Notes: generated by a model from the letters alone, not told the origin. A stretch of 44,027 bases of DNA from an uncultured Phycisphaerae bacterium (GCA_965602375.1 CBFCZG010000002.1:1-44027); one strand, 5' to 3'. Shown: positions 24,960 through 34,830, counted from the stretch's first letter. Translations and numbers: made by a program.

Positions 24960-25580
24960 CTAGTGATCGTTGGGAGGGCGAACCTGGCCTTTTTCGAGCA
25001 GGCGCGCGTATTCAATGCAGTACCGGGCCCACGGTTTGGCCTTCAGGCGGGTCTTGGTGATCGGCCTGCCGGTCCCCAGACACATCCCGTAGGTTCGGCT
25101 ATCGATGCGCTCCAGGGCCTCGTCGATGTCCCGCAGCAACTGTTTCTCACCGGCCAGGAGCCCGAGGGTAAACTCCTGCTCATAGTTGTCGGTTCCGAGA
25201 TCAGCCATATGGATGGGCATGCTGGAAAGGTCGCCGGCGGCCGCCTGACGGTTCTTTCGGAGCACCTCATCCTGCATGCCGTTGACATCTCCCACGATTT
25301 CCGCCCGCTTCTCCAGCAGCAGCCGACGGTACATCTGGAGATCCTTGTCCGACAAGCGCCGGACTTTGACGCTGACCGTCGCCGGCTTGCCGGAGGCCGG
25401 CTTTGCGCTCTTGCCGGTCTTGCGGGGGCCAGTTGCTTTGCCTTTGGCACGACTGGATCGCGCCTTCTTCGCCTTCGACGCTTTGCGGGTCTTGCCGGCC
25501 CTGCCGCGGGAATCGGCATCGGTTGCGGCTGGCGAATCGGCTGGAACACCGGAACTGGATTGGGTTCGCCGCTTTGCCAC
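24960..25580 (-). CDS. dksA: DksA/TraR-family transcription factor with a Lys/Arg/Ser-rich N-terminal tail
   Basis: Coiled-coil region with the acidic tip context DLGTDNYEQEF, then the C-terminal segment YGMCLGTGRPITKTRLKAKPWARYCIEY. GTG start is preceded by GAAGGA. Confidence 0.75.
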   Translation of the reverse strand: MAKRRTQSSSGVPADSPAATDADSRGRAGKTRKASKAKKARSSRAKGKATGPRKTGKSAKPASGKPATVSVKVRRLSDKDLQMYRRLLLEKRAEIVGDVNGMQDEVLRKNRQAAAGDLSSMPIHMADLGTDNYEQEFTLGLLAGEKQLLRDIDEALERIDSRTYGMCLGTGRPITKTRLKAKPWARYCIEYARLLEKGQVRPPNDH

Positions 25581-25893
25581 GTACTAGATCCTTCAGTCAG
25601 ACATCCAGCGCTTATCGGCCGCTCGTCCGCGCAAGTCCTTGTAAATTAAGAGTCAACGGCCGCCTGAGTCTCGCAAGTATAGAAATGTGTCCCCGGGGTG
25701 TCAAGCCTTCCCGCGGGACCTACTCGTAACTGCTGTGGCGAGCAATAGTAAGCGGCAAGCCCGTCGAGGGGTGCGGGTGAGAGTGGGGCCGAGAAGTGGG
25801 CAAAACAGGTGCCGCGAACCATCGAGGCCATGGGACGTAGCAAGAACCGAGAAAGTTGTCTGGCGAGGCCCGCGACAACCCGACACAGGGGGA

Positions 25894-25922
25894 TTGACAG
25901 CCGTACGGCGTTTCGCTATCAG
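25894..25922 (+). promoter_or_regulatory. Candidate promoter for the gldA-like operon
   Basis: TTGACA (25894-25899), 17-nt spacer, TATCAG (25917-25922). The -10 element is weak. Confidence 0.25.
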
Positions 25923-26055
25923 GGCGTTTTCGGCTGGGGGCATAGTTGGCACCCGGCCGTGGTGCCAGTCAACGGCATCGCAGGCCGGCGCGACAACAGG
26001 ATCGGTAACGGCCGAGAGCCAGGCGCAAAGCGTTAGCGGCCAAGCGAGGCGTTGT

Positions 26056-26997
26056 ATGATTCAGGCGAAGAATCTGACCAAGTGGTACGGTCCGACGCTG
26101 GCAGTGGATCACATCTCGTTTCACATCGAAAAGGGCCAGATCGTCGGATTTCTCGGACCGAATGGGGCGGGCAAGACCACCACGATACGCATGCTGACCT
26201 GCTACATGCCTGCCAGCAGCGGCAGCGCGAGTGTGGCGGGGTTCGACTGCTTCAGCGATTCCCTGGCGGTGCGTCAGCAGATTGGCTACCTGCCCGAGTC
26301 AGTCCCGCTCTACAGCGAGATGCGGGTGCGCGAGTACCTCGAATTCCGGGGCCGCCTGCGCAAGCTCCCGCGCACCGATCGGAAGTCGGCCGTCGGTCGT
26401 GCGGCCGACCTGTGCGGAGTGGACGCATTCATCAACCGTCCGATCGGGCAACTGTCCAAAGGCATGCGTCAGCGGGTGGGGCTGGCTGAGGCGCTGATGC
26501 ATAACCCGCCGGTGCTGGTCCTGGACGAACCGACGATCGGGTTGGATCCGGCGCAGATTCGCGACGTACGCACGCTTATCAAACGGTTGGCCGAGACCCA
26601 TACCATCATGTTCAGCAGCCACATCCTCCCGGAGGTGGAGGCGATCTGCGAGCGCATCATTATCATCGCGGCCGGTCGGATCGTGGCCTCGGGCAGTCCG
26701 GCGGAGCTGACTGAACGGATCACGGCAGGCTCCCGGCTCATCGCCGAGGTTCAGGGCCCGAGGGATCAGGTGGTTGGTGCCGTGGAGCAGATGACCGGGG
26801 TAAGCAAGGTGGGCAGTCAGTCATCGGACGGATGGAACCGCCTGACGATAGAGGTGGTGAAGGGACAGGACGTTCGACCCGAGATCGCCAAGGTGGTAAC
26901 CCATAACGGGTGGGCGCTTCGGGAGTTGCGACGCGAGGTGGCCAGCCTGGAAGATTTCTTCGTTCAAATCACGGCTGAACAGAACCTTCGCAGGTAG
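26056..26997 (+). CDS. ABC transporter ATP-binding protein (GldA-like)
   Basis: Internal ATG (MIQAKNLTKWYG) is preceded by GCGAGG. Walker A GPNGAGKTTT, signature LSKGMRQR, Walker B VLVLDEPTIGLD. The 369-nt in-frame upstream extension in the ORF track looks non-coding. Confidence 0.85.
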   Translation: MIQAKNLTKWYGPTLAVDHISFHIEKGQIVGFLGPNGAGKTTTIRMLTCYMPASSGSASVAGFDCFSDSLAVRQQIGYLPESVPLYSEMRVREYLEFRGRLRKLPRTDRKSAVGRAADLCGVDAFINRPIGQLSKGMRQRVGLAEALMHNPPVLVLDEPTIGLDPAQIRDVRTLIKRLAETHTIMFSSHILPEVEAICERIIIIAAGRIVASGSPAELTERITAGSRLIAEVQGPRDQVVGAVEQMTGVSKVGSQSSDGWNRLTIEVVKGQDVRPEIAKVVTHNGWALRELRREVASLEDFFVQITAEQNLRR

Positions 26998-27058
26998 AGC
27001 TAGCTCTACCGACGGGCGGCCTGTCGGGCCGTTCGGCATAGGTAACGAGGATCGCGCC

Positions 27059-27781
27059 ATGGGCAACATTTGGACGCTGGCACGTCGAGAGTTGGGCAAT
27101 TACTTCTTCAGCCCGATCGCGTACCTGGTGGCGTTTTTCTTTCTGATCTTCACGGGGGTGTTCTTCGTCTTTTACGGGCCCCGCCTCGAGGCGGGCATGG
27201 AGGCGACGCTGGCGCCGTTGTTTGCGTTCATGGTGATCGTGCTGACTTTGCTCGTGCCGCCGTTGACGATGCGCCTGTTGTCGGAGGAGTATCGCAGCGG
27301 CACGATTGAGATGCTCATGACCGCGCCGATAACCGACGTGGAAGTGGTGCTGGGCAAGTTCCTCGGCGCGTTGCTGTACTACGTTGCGTTGCTGGTGCCG
27401 ACGGTGGCTTACCTGTTCATCCTCGAGTTGTACGCCGATCCCGACTACGGGCCGATTCTGGCGGGATATCTGGGACTGCTGCTTATCGGGGCTCTGTACA
27501 TCTCGGTGGGCACGTTCTTTTCGGCGCTCTCGCGTTACCAGATCGTGGCGGCCGTCGCCTCGATCGTGGTGCTGTTCCTGTTTGCGTACATCATCGGCCA
27601 GGCGTCCATGGAGACGAGCGGGCCGTTACGGGTGTTCCTGCAGAACTTGAGTATTGAAGGCCACTACCGCGATTTCGCGCGAGGAGTGCTGGATACGAGC
27701 CACATCGTGTATTTCCTGAGCGGCACGCTGTTCTTTCTGTTCCTCTCGGTGAAGGTGGTGGAATCGCGGAAGTGGTGGTAG
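27059..27781 (+). CDS. ABC-2 type permease (GldF-like)
   Basis: N-terminal RRELGNYFFSPIAYLVAFFFLIFTGVFF and six predicted TM segments. ATG is preceded by ACGAGGA. Confidence 0.8.
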   Translation: MGNIWTLARRELGNYFFSPIAYLVAFFFLIFTGVFFVFYGPRLEAGMEATLAPLFAFMVIVLTLLVPPLTMRLLSEEYRSGTIEMLMTAPITDVEVVLGKFLGALLYYVALLVPTVAYLFILELYADPDYGPILAGYLGLLLIGALYISVGTFFSALSRYQIVAAVASIVVLFLFAYIIGQASMETSGPLRVFLQNLSIEGHYRDFARGVLDTSHIVYFLSGTLFFLFLSVKVVESRKWW

Positions 27782-27818
27782 CGGGTTGGCGATCATACGG
27801 ACCGACTTGGACGGATGA

Positions 27819-30275
27819 GTGGCCATGACGAATGGAAGTGAAATGCTTCGATACAAGCCCTACTCGGCGCTGAATGGCACATTCCTGGTGGTGCTTGCTG
27901 CGGCCAACGGCCTGTTGGCGCTGTGGCTGGCGTTAAGCGCGGGCGAGGCGCCCGAGGGGTCGACCGTTCTGCCGTACTCGACCGTGGCGCTGGGGCTTGC
28001 GGCCTTGGCGGCGGTTGTGCTGGCGATAGGCGTCTACCAGGGTCGGCCCAGAGCAACATTCGTGACAGCATGGTTGTACCTGATTGCGGCGGCGATCTGC
28101 GCGGTGTATGCGATAGCCGCGTTCATGGTAGGCGAAGAGCTGTCGATTCGATTGACCCGAGCGGTAGGCGCAGCGGCAGGAACGGGCTTGGCGTTCGCCC
28201 TGCTTGCAGCCCTGATACGCCAGATCGAGTCGGGCAACGCGCACGTGGCCAGGCGTCTGCGGTACGGCGGCCGGATCGAGGCCGCCGTGCTGCTGGTGCT
28301 GGCGGTCGTTGTTATGGCCAACTACGCCGGCCGCGAGAAGTACGTCCGGGCCGACTGGCGGGCCGGCACGGGCCGCGGACTCTCGCCCATGACCGTCCAA
28401 CTGGTCAAGAACCTGGACGAGCCTATTCGGCTGACAAGTCTGTACACCATATTGGAGGACGTCCCGGAGAGCGCGCAGCTCAAGGAGCGTTTGGAGAAGG
28501 TTAAGGAACTGTTCGACGAGTATCAGCGGATCAACCCCCAGATTGAAGTAGCGCACGTCAATCCGATCAAGGACAAAGACAAGGTTCGCGAGCTTCTGAC
28601 CAGGCTGAAATCGATTCAGGCCCCCGAAGCGAAAGCTCACATCGAATTGGTCGAGCAGTTCAGGAACGAGGACGTGCCTGCGCTGCGCGAGGCCTTTCAG
28701 CAAGAGCACGATCAGGCCGAGCCGCTGGGCGAAGCCGCCACGGATGGTACGGTAAAAAACCTCTTCGACCAGATCATTTCGGCCTTTGGCAGCGGGGTCG
28801 AACAGCTCGATAAGACGGACCGCTCGCTCCAAGCGGTGCTCGAATCCGAGATTCCCGTTTACACAAACGGCACGAACGCGATTCGCACCTATTGTCAGAA
28901 CACGGAGCGGCTGCTGGACTCGGCGATCAAGGCCTATCGCGAGATCCAGGAAAAAGTCTCGGAGTTGGACGAGCCGACGCGAACGTTCTTTGTGGACGGG
29001 AGGAAACGACTCGGCCCGGCGCTGGCGCGATGCCGTGAACTTACCAAGCAGGTAGACGAGCTCAAATCGCTGGAAAGCGAGACGCTCCAGTTCGACCTCC
29101 AGCAGCCCAACCCGATAATTGTGGAGACCACCGACGGTGTGAAGGTGCTGAGCTTCGGTCAGATTTGGGAGCCGCTACGTGGTCCCGGCGGGCCTCGAGA
29201 GGAGACTCGCCTGGTGTTTGCCGGTGAGAAGGCCGTCAGCTCGGCCGTTCTCGCGCTGACGCAGGAAGAGAAGGCGGCAGTGTTTTTCGTACACTGGGGC
29301 GGTCCGCCGCCGCTGGGTTTTCGCGGCCAATTCAGCGCTTTGGCTCAGGAGTTGCGCGACAAGAACTTCGACGTGGAGGCCTGGGACATTCAGGCGCAGG
29401 AAGAGCCGCCGATGGTCGAGAACATGTCCCGGGCCATCTGGGTAATCCTGCCGCCTCAACCCCCTCCAGCGACGCCGGAGATGCCGTTCGGCCGGCCGCC
29501 TCAGATCACGAATAAGCAGAGGGACAAGATCGAGCATTTCCTCAACAGCGGCGGACGAGCGATGCTGATGATGACGCCGTCCAGCGCCATCATGGGGCCG
29601 CCCAGCCCGCTGATTCCCAAGCTGGCGGAATACGGGATCAAGGTTAGCCCGGAGGTGGTGGCGATCTGGGGCATGCCGACGATGGACGGCGGCGTTCGGC
29701 CGGTGGATTACGTCTTCGTGCGGGAGTACGGGGACCATCCGATCGTGGAGCCTCTAGGCGCCTACCGATCGCTGTTCCGGCGGGTGGTGATGCTCGAGCC
29801 GACGGACGATGAGCAGGGCGCCGCGGCTTCGGTCCTGGCGCGTGTGCCGGACGAGGGGGACTATTGGGGCGAGAAAGCTCACATGGCCGGCTCGATGGGA
29901 GGCGCGTGGGTTAAGGACGAAGACGACCTTCCGGGCGGCTTCGCGATCGCGATGGCCGGCGAGAAGGACGACTCGAAGGTGGTCGTGGTCGGCGACTATA
30001 TGTGGGCGACGGATCAGATCACCATGGCTCGAGGCGGATTTCTTGGGCTGGGAGGTTTTCAGTTTCCAGGGAACGCCCTGCTGTTTTTCAACGCGATGTA
30101 TTGGCTGAACGACAACGAACAGATGATCGCTGTCCCGCCGGAAGCGCTACAGGTGGCGCGGATCGGCACGATGAGTGATTCGGCGATGTGGTCGTGGCGT
30201 GCGGTCGCCATTGCGGGCCTTCCGCTGGCGTGTCTGCTCGCCGGCGGCGTGGTATTTCTGTTTCGAAGGGCGTAG
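27819..30275 (+). CDS. GldG-like ABC-transporter auxiliary protein with an extra polytopic N-terminal region
   Basis: Several hydrophobic helices lie within the first 170 aa or so. A large soluble domain follows (NLDEPIRLTSLYT..., VFFVHWGGPP, RAIWVILPPQPP), and a C-terminal TM anchor (AVAIAGLPLACLLAGGVVFLF). Confidence 0.75.
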   Translation: MAMTNGSEMLRYKPYSALNGTFLVVLAAANGLLALWLALSAGEAPEGSTVLPYSTVALGLAALAAVVLAIGVYQGRPRATFVTAWLYLIAAAICAVYAIAAFMVGEELSIRLTRAVGAAAGTGLAFALLAALIRQIESGNAHVARRLRYGGRIEAAVLLVLAVVVMANYAGREKYVRADWRAGTGRGLSPMTVQLVKNLDEPIRLTSLYTILEDVPESAQLKERLEKVKELFDEYQRINPQIEVAHVNPIKDKDKVRELLTRLKSIQAPEAKAHIELVEQFRNEDVPALREAFQQEHDQAEPLGEAATDGTVKNLFDQIISAFGSGVEQLDKTDRSLQAVLESEIPVYTNGTNAIRTYCQNTERLLDSAIKAYREIQEKVSELDEPTRTFFVDGRKRLGPALARCRELTKQVDELKSLESETLQFDLQQPNPIIVETTDGVKVLSFGQIWEPLRGPGGPREETRLVFAGEKAVSSAVLALTQEEKAAVFFVHWGGPPPLGFRGQFSALAQELRDKNFDVEAWDIQAQEEPPMVENMSRAIWVILPPQPPPATPEMPFGRPPQITNKQRDKIEHFLNSGGRAMLMMTPSSAIMGPPSPLIPKLAEYGIKVSPEVVAIWGMPTMDGGVRPVDYVFVREYGDHPIVEPLGAYRSLFRRVVMLEPTDDEQGAAASVLARVPDEGDYWGEKAHMAGSMGGAWVKDEDDLPGGFAIAMAGEKDDSKVVVVGDYMWATDQITMARGGFLGLGGFQFPGNALLFFNAMYWLNDNEQMIAVPPEALQVARIGTMSDSAMWSWRAVAIAGLPLACLLAGGVVFLFRRA

Positions 30276-30351
30276 GTAAAAGGTTCAAACCAAGCGGATC
30301 GGTGCGTCTGCGGGAGGTCGCGTCGGGCCGCTGAGAGAATGCATACCAACC

Positions 30352-32676
30352 ATGAGCACGAAGACGACGATCGTACTACTGGTGTTGGTGGCGGTTGGCT
30401 GCCTTGTGGTGGTAGGTCTGGATCAGGGCTGGTTCGGCCAGGAGGCTGAAGAGAAACCGGAGAACCAGTTCGCCCAGCCGCTTCAGGCCGAACCGGAATC
30501 GAAGGACGTCTTCGAGGACCATCCGGCGGAGGTGACGCGCCTCACGATCGAATCGGAGGGTCTGGCGGCCACCTTCGCCAAGACCGACGATCAATGGGAG
30601 ATCGTCGAGCCCATCAAGGCCCCGGCGCTGAAGTGGGAGGTGGATGGGCTCGCACGAACAGTGACCGGGCTGCGCTACACACGGAAGTTCGAGCCGGGCC
30701 AGGCCGATGCGCCGTCGGACGCAGAGACGGGCCTGTCGGACCCGAAGGCGAAGGTCACCATCGAATACGAGAACGGAGTGGCTACCCTCGAGGTCGGCAA
30801 GAAGGAACTGCTGAAGGACAACACCTACGTTCGGCTGGCCGGCAAGCCCGAGGTGTACGTCGCCAAGAGCAACCTCCAACCGACATTCGACAAGACGCTG
30901 AAGGACTTCCGCGAGAAGGATCTGTTGTCGTTCAAGTTCGGCGACGCGGTGGCGCTGGAGATCGTCAGTCGTGAGCCCGCGCGGACGCTGAAGCTGACCA
31001 AGAAGGACGATCGTGAATGGGTGATGGATTCGCCGATGAAGGCGCGTGCGTCGCGAGAGGGGGCGAGCGATCTGATTACGGTACTCAACGAACTGAAGGC
31101 CGAGGAGTTCATCGACGACGCACCGGAAGATCTCGGCCGGTACGGCCTGGATGAGCCGTTTGCCCGGGTGACGCTTACCACGCGGAGCGAGATCAAGCCG
31201 GAAGACTCCGCCGACCAAGAGGATGAGACAGCGACTCAGCCGGCAACCCAACCGCAATACGAGACGAAGGAATGGACGATCCTGATCGGGTCGTATGTGG
31301 GCCTTCAGGAAGAGCGTCGACACGCCAGGCTGAGCGACTCGACGGCTGTGGTCGCCGTGGATGCGCGGTCGGCCAACAAGCTGTTGCCCAACCTGCTGGA
31401 GGTGCGAGATAAGCGGATTACGCCGGCCAACACGTTCAAGGTCAACAAGCTCGTGGTCGTCGATCCCAGCGAAAGCGTGACGCTGGAGAAGGAGGGTAAC
31501 GCGTGGCGCATGACCGCGCCTGAGGCCGCCGAGGCAGACAAGGGAAAGGTGGACGAGGTGATACGGACGATCCGCGGGCTTCAGGCGGTCAGCTTTGTGG
31601 ACAACCCCGATGACCTGGGTCCCTTTGGTCTGGACGAGCCGCGCGTCGAGTTGAAGCTGTATGTGACCGGACAGGTCGAGCCCGAGGTCATTCGCGTGGG
31701 CAGCCGGAGCCCGAGCGGACGGATGCTGTACATCCAGCGAGGCGGCGAGGAATCGATCTCGGTGGTGAAAACGGACGATGCGGAGAAGCTGCTGGTTTCG
31801 CCCGTGTCGTTCGGGCCGCGCCGCATACTGTCGGTGCCTATGGTGCAAATCCGGCAGATTGAGATTACGCGCGACCAGACGCGGACGGTGCTGGCGAAGA
31901 AAACGGCGCGATGGCGGATCTATGAGCCGTATGAAGCACCGGCCGACGAAACGGGTGTGGCCAGGATCCTCAGCGACGTCGCGTCGCTGCGTGCGCGAGA
32001 GATCGTGGCGCGCGGGCAGTTCGAAACCTTCGGGCTGGACCAACCCGATATCGAGGTGGTGGCCGAGGTCAGCCCGCCGACGCCCCCCACCACCTCACCG
32101 TCCGCAACACAGCCGGTTGAGCAGCAGCCCGAACGACATCAACTACTGGTCAGCAAGCAGGACGATCGGGTGTACGCCGTGATGGATGGCAGCGACCTGG
32201 TGTACCAGCTTGATCCGGCCGTGTACGAACACCTGTCCGCGGAGTTGCACGATCGCAAGGTGCTCCGCTTTTCCCCGGACCAGGTCGAACGACTGGAAAT
32301 CAACGGCGGCGAGGTGGCGCGAAAGCTGGTATTGACCCGCGTGGATGACGCATGGGCCTATCCGGCGGACGAGTTCTTCCAACTCGACGACGAGAAGGTG
32401 CAGCGGCGGGTGCAGGACCTGCGGCAGCTTGAGGCCCTTCGGTTCGTCGATCTTGAGGCAACCGACCCAGGCCGGTACGGGCTCAGCCAGCCGGCAATAC
32501 AGGTCGACTTGGCCCTGAGCGATGGCAAGTCGATATCTTTGGGGGTATCCGCCCGCGGGCCGGACGACGGACCGCAACGCTATGCCATGGTGGCCGGCGA
32601 GCCGAAAGTCTTCCTTCTCCGTGGCGAAGACGTCGCCAAACTCCGCATAACACTGGGCGACTTCGAGAAGGAATAA
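30352..32676 (+). CDS. DUF4340-like repeat protein (774 aa), N-terminally anchored
   Basis: Signal anchor TTIVLLVLVAVGCLVVVGL. Repeated modules contain W.(I/M)..P and GL(D/S)(E/Q)P motifs (RYGLDEPFARV, PFGLDEPRVEL, TFGLDQPDIEV, RYGLSQPAIQV). It has the usual position after a gldG-like gene. Confidence 0.7.
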   Translation: MSTKTTIVLLVLVAVGCLVVVGLDQGWFGQEAEEKPENQFAQPLQAEPESKDVFEDHPAEVTRLTIESEGLAATFAKTDDQWEIVEPIKAPALKWEVDGLARTVTGLRYTRKFEPGQADAPSDAETGLSDPKAKVTIEYENGVATLEVGKKELLKDNTYVRLAGKPEVYVAKSNLQPTFDKTLKDFREKDLLSFKFGDAVALEIVSREPARTLKLTKKDDREWVMDSPMKARASREGASDLITVLNELKAEEFIDDAPEDLGRYGLDEPFARVTLTTRSEIKPEDSADQEDETATQPATQPQYETKEWTILIGSYVGLQEERRHARLSDSTAVVAVDARSANKLLPNLLEVRDKRITPANTFKVNKLVVVDPSESVTLEKEGNAWRMTAPEAAEADKGKVDEVIRTIRGLQAVSFVDNPDDLGPFGLDEPRVELKLYVTGQVEPEVIRVGSRSPSGRMLYIQRGGEESISVVKTDDAEKLLVSPVSFGPRRILSVPMVQIRQIEITRDQTRTVLAKKTARWRIYEPYEAPADETGVARILSDVASLRAREIVARGQFETFGLDQPDIEVVAEVSPPTPPTTSPSATQPVEQQPERHQLLVSKQDDRVYAVMDGSDLVYQLDPAVYEHLSAELHDRKVLRFSPDQVERLEINGGEVARKLVLTRVDDAWAYPADEFFQLDDEKVQRRVQDLRQLEALRFVDLEATDPGRYGLSQPAIQVDLALSDGKSISLGVSARGPDDGPQRYAMVAGEPKVFLLRGEDVAKLRITLGDFEKE

Positions 32677-32748
32677 CGGGGCAGCGACCAGCGATCGTTC
32701 CATGATCGGTGGCGAAACGGACACGCGCCACGAGGGTGCCCGTCTACC

Positions 32749-34830
32749 CTATACGATCGGCGACCACCGATCAGCGTCCGGGTCGAAGTGCTCGGCTGAC
32801 AGTGCGTCTCGCTCGACATCCTGCGTATAGAGCCACCAGCCGAAGGGCAACCCAAGCGAACTGATTCTGGAGGTTTTGTACCGCCCTCTGCCGTTGTCGG
32901 CCAGGCGGTTCCACCAGCCGCCGGCTGCCGCCAGTAACTGGCCGGCCTGGACACGCGCGGCAGGCGCGAGCGCAAGCTGATACCGCGCCAGTTCCACGGC
33001 CGCGGCAATCTTGAACGCATAGTAACGAGCCAGACAGGCAAGGCATTCAAGGTCGCGGAGCGACTCGCGGAGCGTTGGGTCAGCGAGGCTGAGATGGTCG
33101 AGCGACTGGACGACGGCCATGACGTTCGTGGCGGCGTCGTGCAGCAGATCGATGACCGTCTGGGGCGTTTCGGCGTCTGCAGGAAGCTGGCCCGGATCGG
33201 CATCGACGTAGTCGCCTATGCCGATGGTGTCGCAGCCGAACGCGGGCCTGGCGCGCATGAAGTCGACCACGGTGCGCAGACCGTGTTGCGTCAGGCACGA
33301 CTCAGCGTTCCAACGCAGACCCGGGGTGCCAAGCAGCCGGTTGACCGCTGGGACGATCTGCGAGGCTCGCAGCAACACTGAGGCCAACTGCTCGCCCACC
33401 GGGTCGGCAAAGCGTCGTCGGTACAAGTCGACAAAAAGGGTGTCGGGAAGTTCGCTGTCGTAGGCGCTGCGCCCCCACAAGAACACTTGCGAATGGTGCC
33501 GTTGAAAATCCCACCCATGGCTTTCGCGCGAACGTGCAACGACGGGGTCGAGGCTCGAAAAACAGGAAGTGAACGCGAGCTGCAGGCCATCGGCGCCGGC
33601 GCGGTGCGCGGCCTGGACGGCCTGCCGAACGAACGCGGGATCGGCCCAGGGCAGACCGTACACATCGTCCTGGCGCAAGGCGTACACCGTCTTCAGGCCG
33701 GCTTCGCGGGCACACGAGGCGAGCCGGGCAATCTCCTCCACCGCCGCGGTAGGCTCCGAGAGCAGACGGGCTTGCCTGTGGGTAGGCGCCAGCATAACTC
33801 GACCGTGCAACTGCGGGGCAAAGTGCTCAACCACGCTATGAGCGTGGTCGGTGTGTTCGACATAACGGATGAAGTGCGGCGCGATAGACAGACCGCTTAC
33901 GGCATCGGCGCACACCCGGGCAAGAGCCTGCTCGGCCGAGGCATGGTCGACAGCCTCGCGAGCAGCGGGCAGAAACCCGACACCTCGAACCTGCGGAAAG
34001 TCGGTCAGCAGCGCCCGCACACACTCGCCGAAATACTCGCTAACGAGCTCTTGCGGCGGCCGGCCAGACCTGCCGTGCACGTCGCCGGGGGCGGGTTGCG
34101 GACCCGACCCGGTGAGCGCGGCAGCAACAGCCCGGGACACATGCCACGTGCTGGTGACGACGTAAGGATCGATTCCTCTTGCAAGACAGTGATCGAACAG
34201 CTCGCGCCAGAACTTCCGCCGGGCATCGAACTGCGCATCGGTTCCCCGGTGCGCGTCGGGCCAGCGCTGAAGACGCAGCATCACGGTAAACAGATTCACG
34301 CCCACCAACGCCAGTGCATTGAAGCGTAGCCGAGCCAGCGCATCGATCAACTCGCGCCACAGGGCCAAAGAGCGGGACCTCTCATCGTTTCGCGCGGTCG
34401 GATCGAGGCCGCCATTTCGCCCGACGGGCACTTCGGCAGCGAAGACCCGCAACGGAAACGTGGGTTCCTGGCGGCCAGGCGGCGTCTGCTCGAAGCGCCG
34501 CCCCATCTGGACGTGCTCGGTCAGCTCCATAAGGGCGTACATGGCCCCGCGCTCATCGCAGGCGGTGATATGTAAGGAGGCGCCCCGGCGCTCGCACTCG
34601 AACCCGTCGGGCTCGAGCGTCGCCTGGTCGTGAATCTCCAGACGGACGTCGGCGTCGATCCTAGTTACATCAGGCCCGGTTTCGAGGTGCAGCGTGCGGC
34701 CCCGTTCAAGCGACGCGTTACGCAACTGCTCCAAGGCGAACTCGATCGGCGGCGACGTGCGATTGCAGGCGATGACGGTCTCCCAGAGGGTTTCCTGCTC
34801 GGCCTCACGTCGCTGTCGTCGCCTGCCCAT
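32749..34830 (-). CDS. Hypothetical protein, glycoside-hydrolase-like (N-terminal alpha+beta domain of GH20b/GH67-N type plus a probable TIM barrel)
   Basis: The N-terminal pattern IEFALEQLRNAL...LHLETG...DGFECERRGASLHITACDERGAMYALMELTE resembles GH N-terminal domains. No signal peptide. The product call is tentative. Confidence 0.5.
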   Translation of the reverse strand: MGRRRQRREAEQETLWETVIACNRTSPPIEFALEQLRNASLERGRTLHLETGPDVTRIDADVRLEIHDQATLEPDGFECERRGASLHITACDERGAMYALMELTEHVQMGRRFEQTPPGRQEPTFPLRVFAAEVPVGRNGGLDPTARNDERSRSLALWRELIDALARLRFNALALVGVNLFTVMLRLQRWPDAHRGTDAQFDARRKFWRELFDHCLARGIDPYVVTSTWHVSRAVAAALTGSGPQPAPGDVHGRSGRPPQELVSEYFGECVRALLTDFPQVRGVGFLPAAREAVDHASAEQALARVCADAVSGLSIAPHFIRYVEHTDHAHSVVEHFAPQLHGRVMLAPTHRQARLLSEPTAAVEEIARLASCAREAGLKTVYALRQDDVYGLPWADPAFVRQAVQAAHRAGADGLQLAFTSCFSSLDPVVARSRESHGWDFQRHHSQVFLWGRSAYDSELPDTLFVDLYRRRFADPVGEQLASVLLRASQIVPAVNRLLGTPGLRWNAESCLTQHGLRTVVDFMRARPAFGCDTIGIGDYVDADPGQLPADAETPQTVIDLLHDAATNVMAVVQSLDHLSLADPTLRESLRDLECLACLARYYAFKIAAAVELARYQLALAPAARVQAGQLLAAAGGWWNRLADNGRGRYKTSRISSLGLPFGWWLYTQDVERDALSAEHFDPDADRWSPIV

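Noticed and set aside
25687-26055. 123-codon in-frame extension upstream of the gldA-like ATPase
   Set aside because: ABC ATPases of this type start a few residues before the Walker A region. MIQAKNL at 26056 has a ribosome-binding site, and the extension is Arg/Gly-rich and probably an untranslated promoter region.
30376-32043. 555-aa minus-strand ORF
   Set aside because: It is antisense to the DUF4340-like gene. The sequence is low-complexity and Arg/Leu/His/Pro-rich with no motifs.
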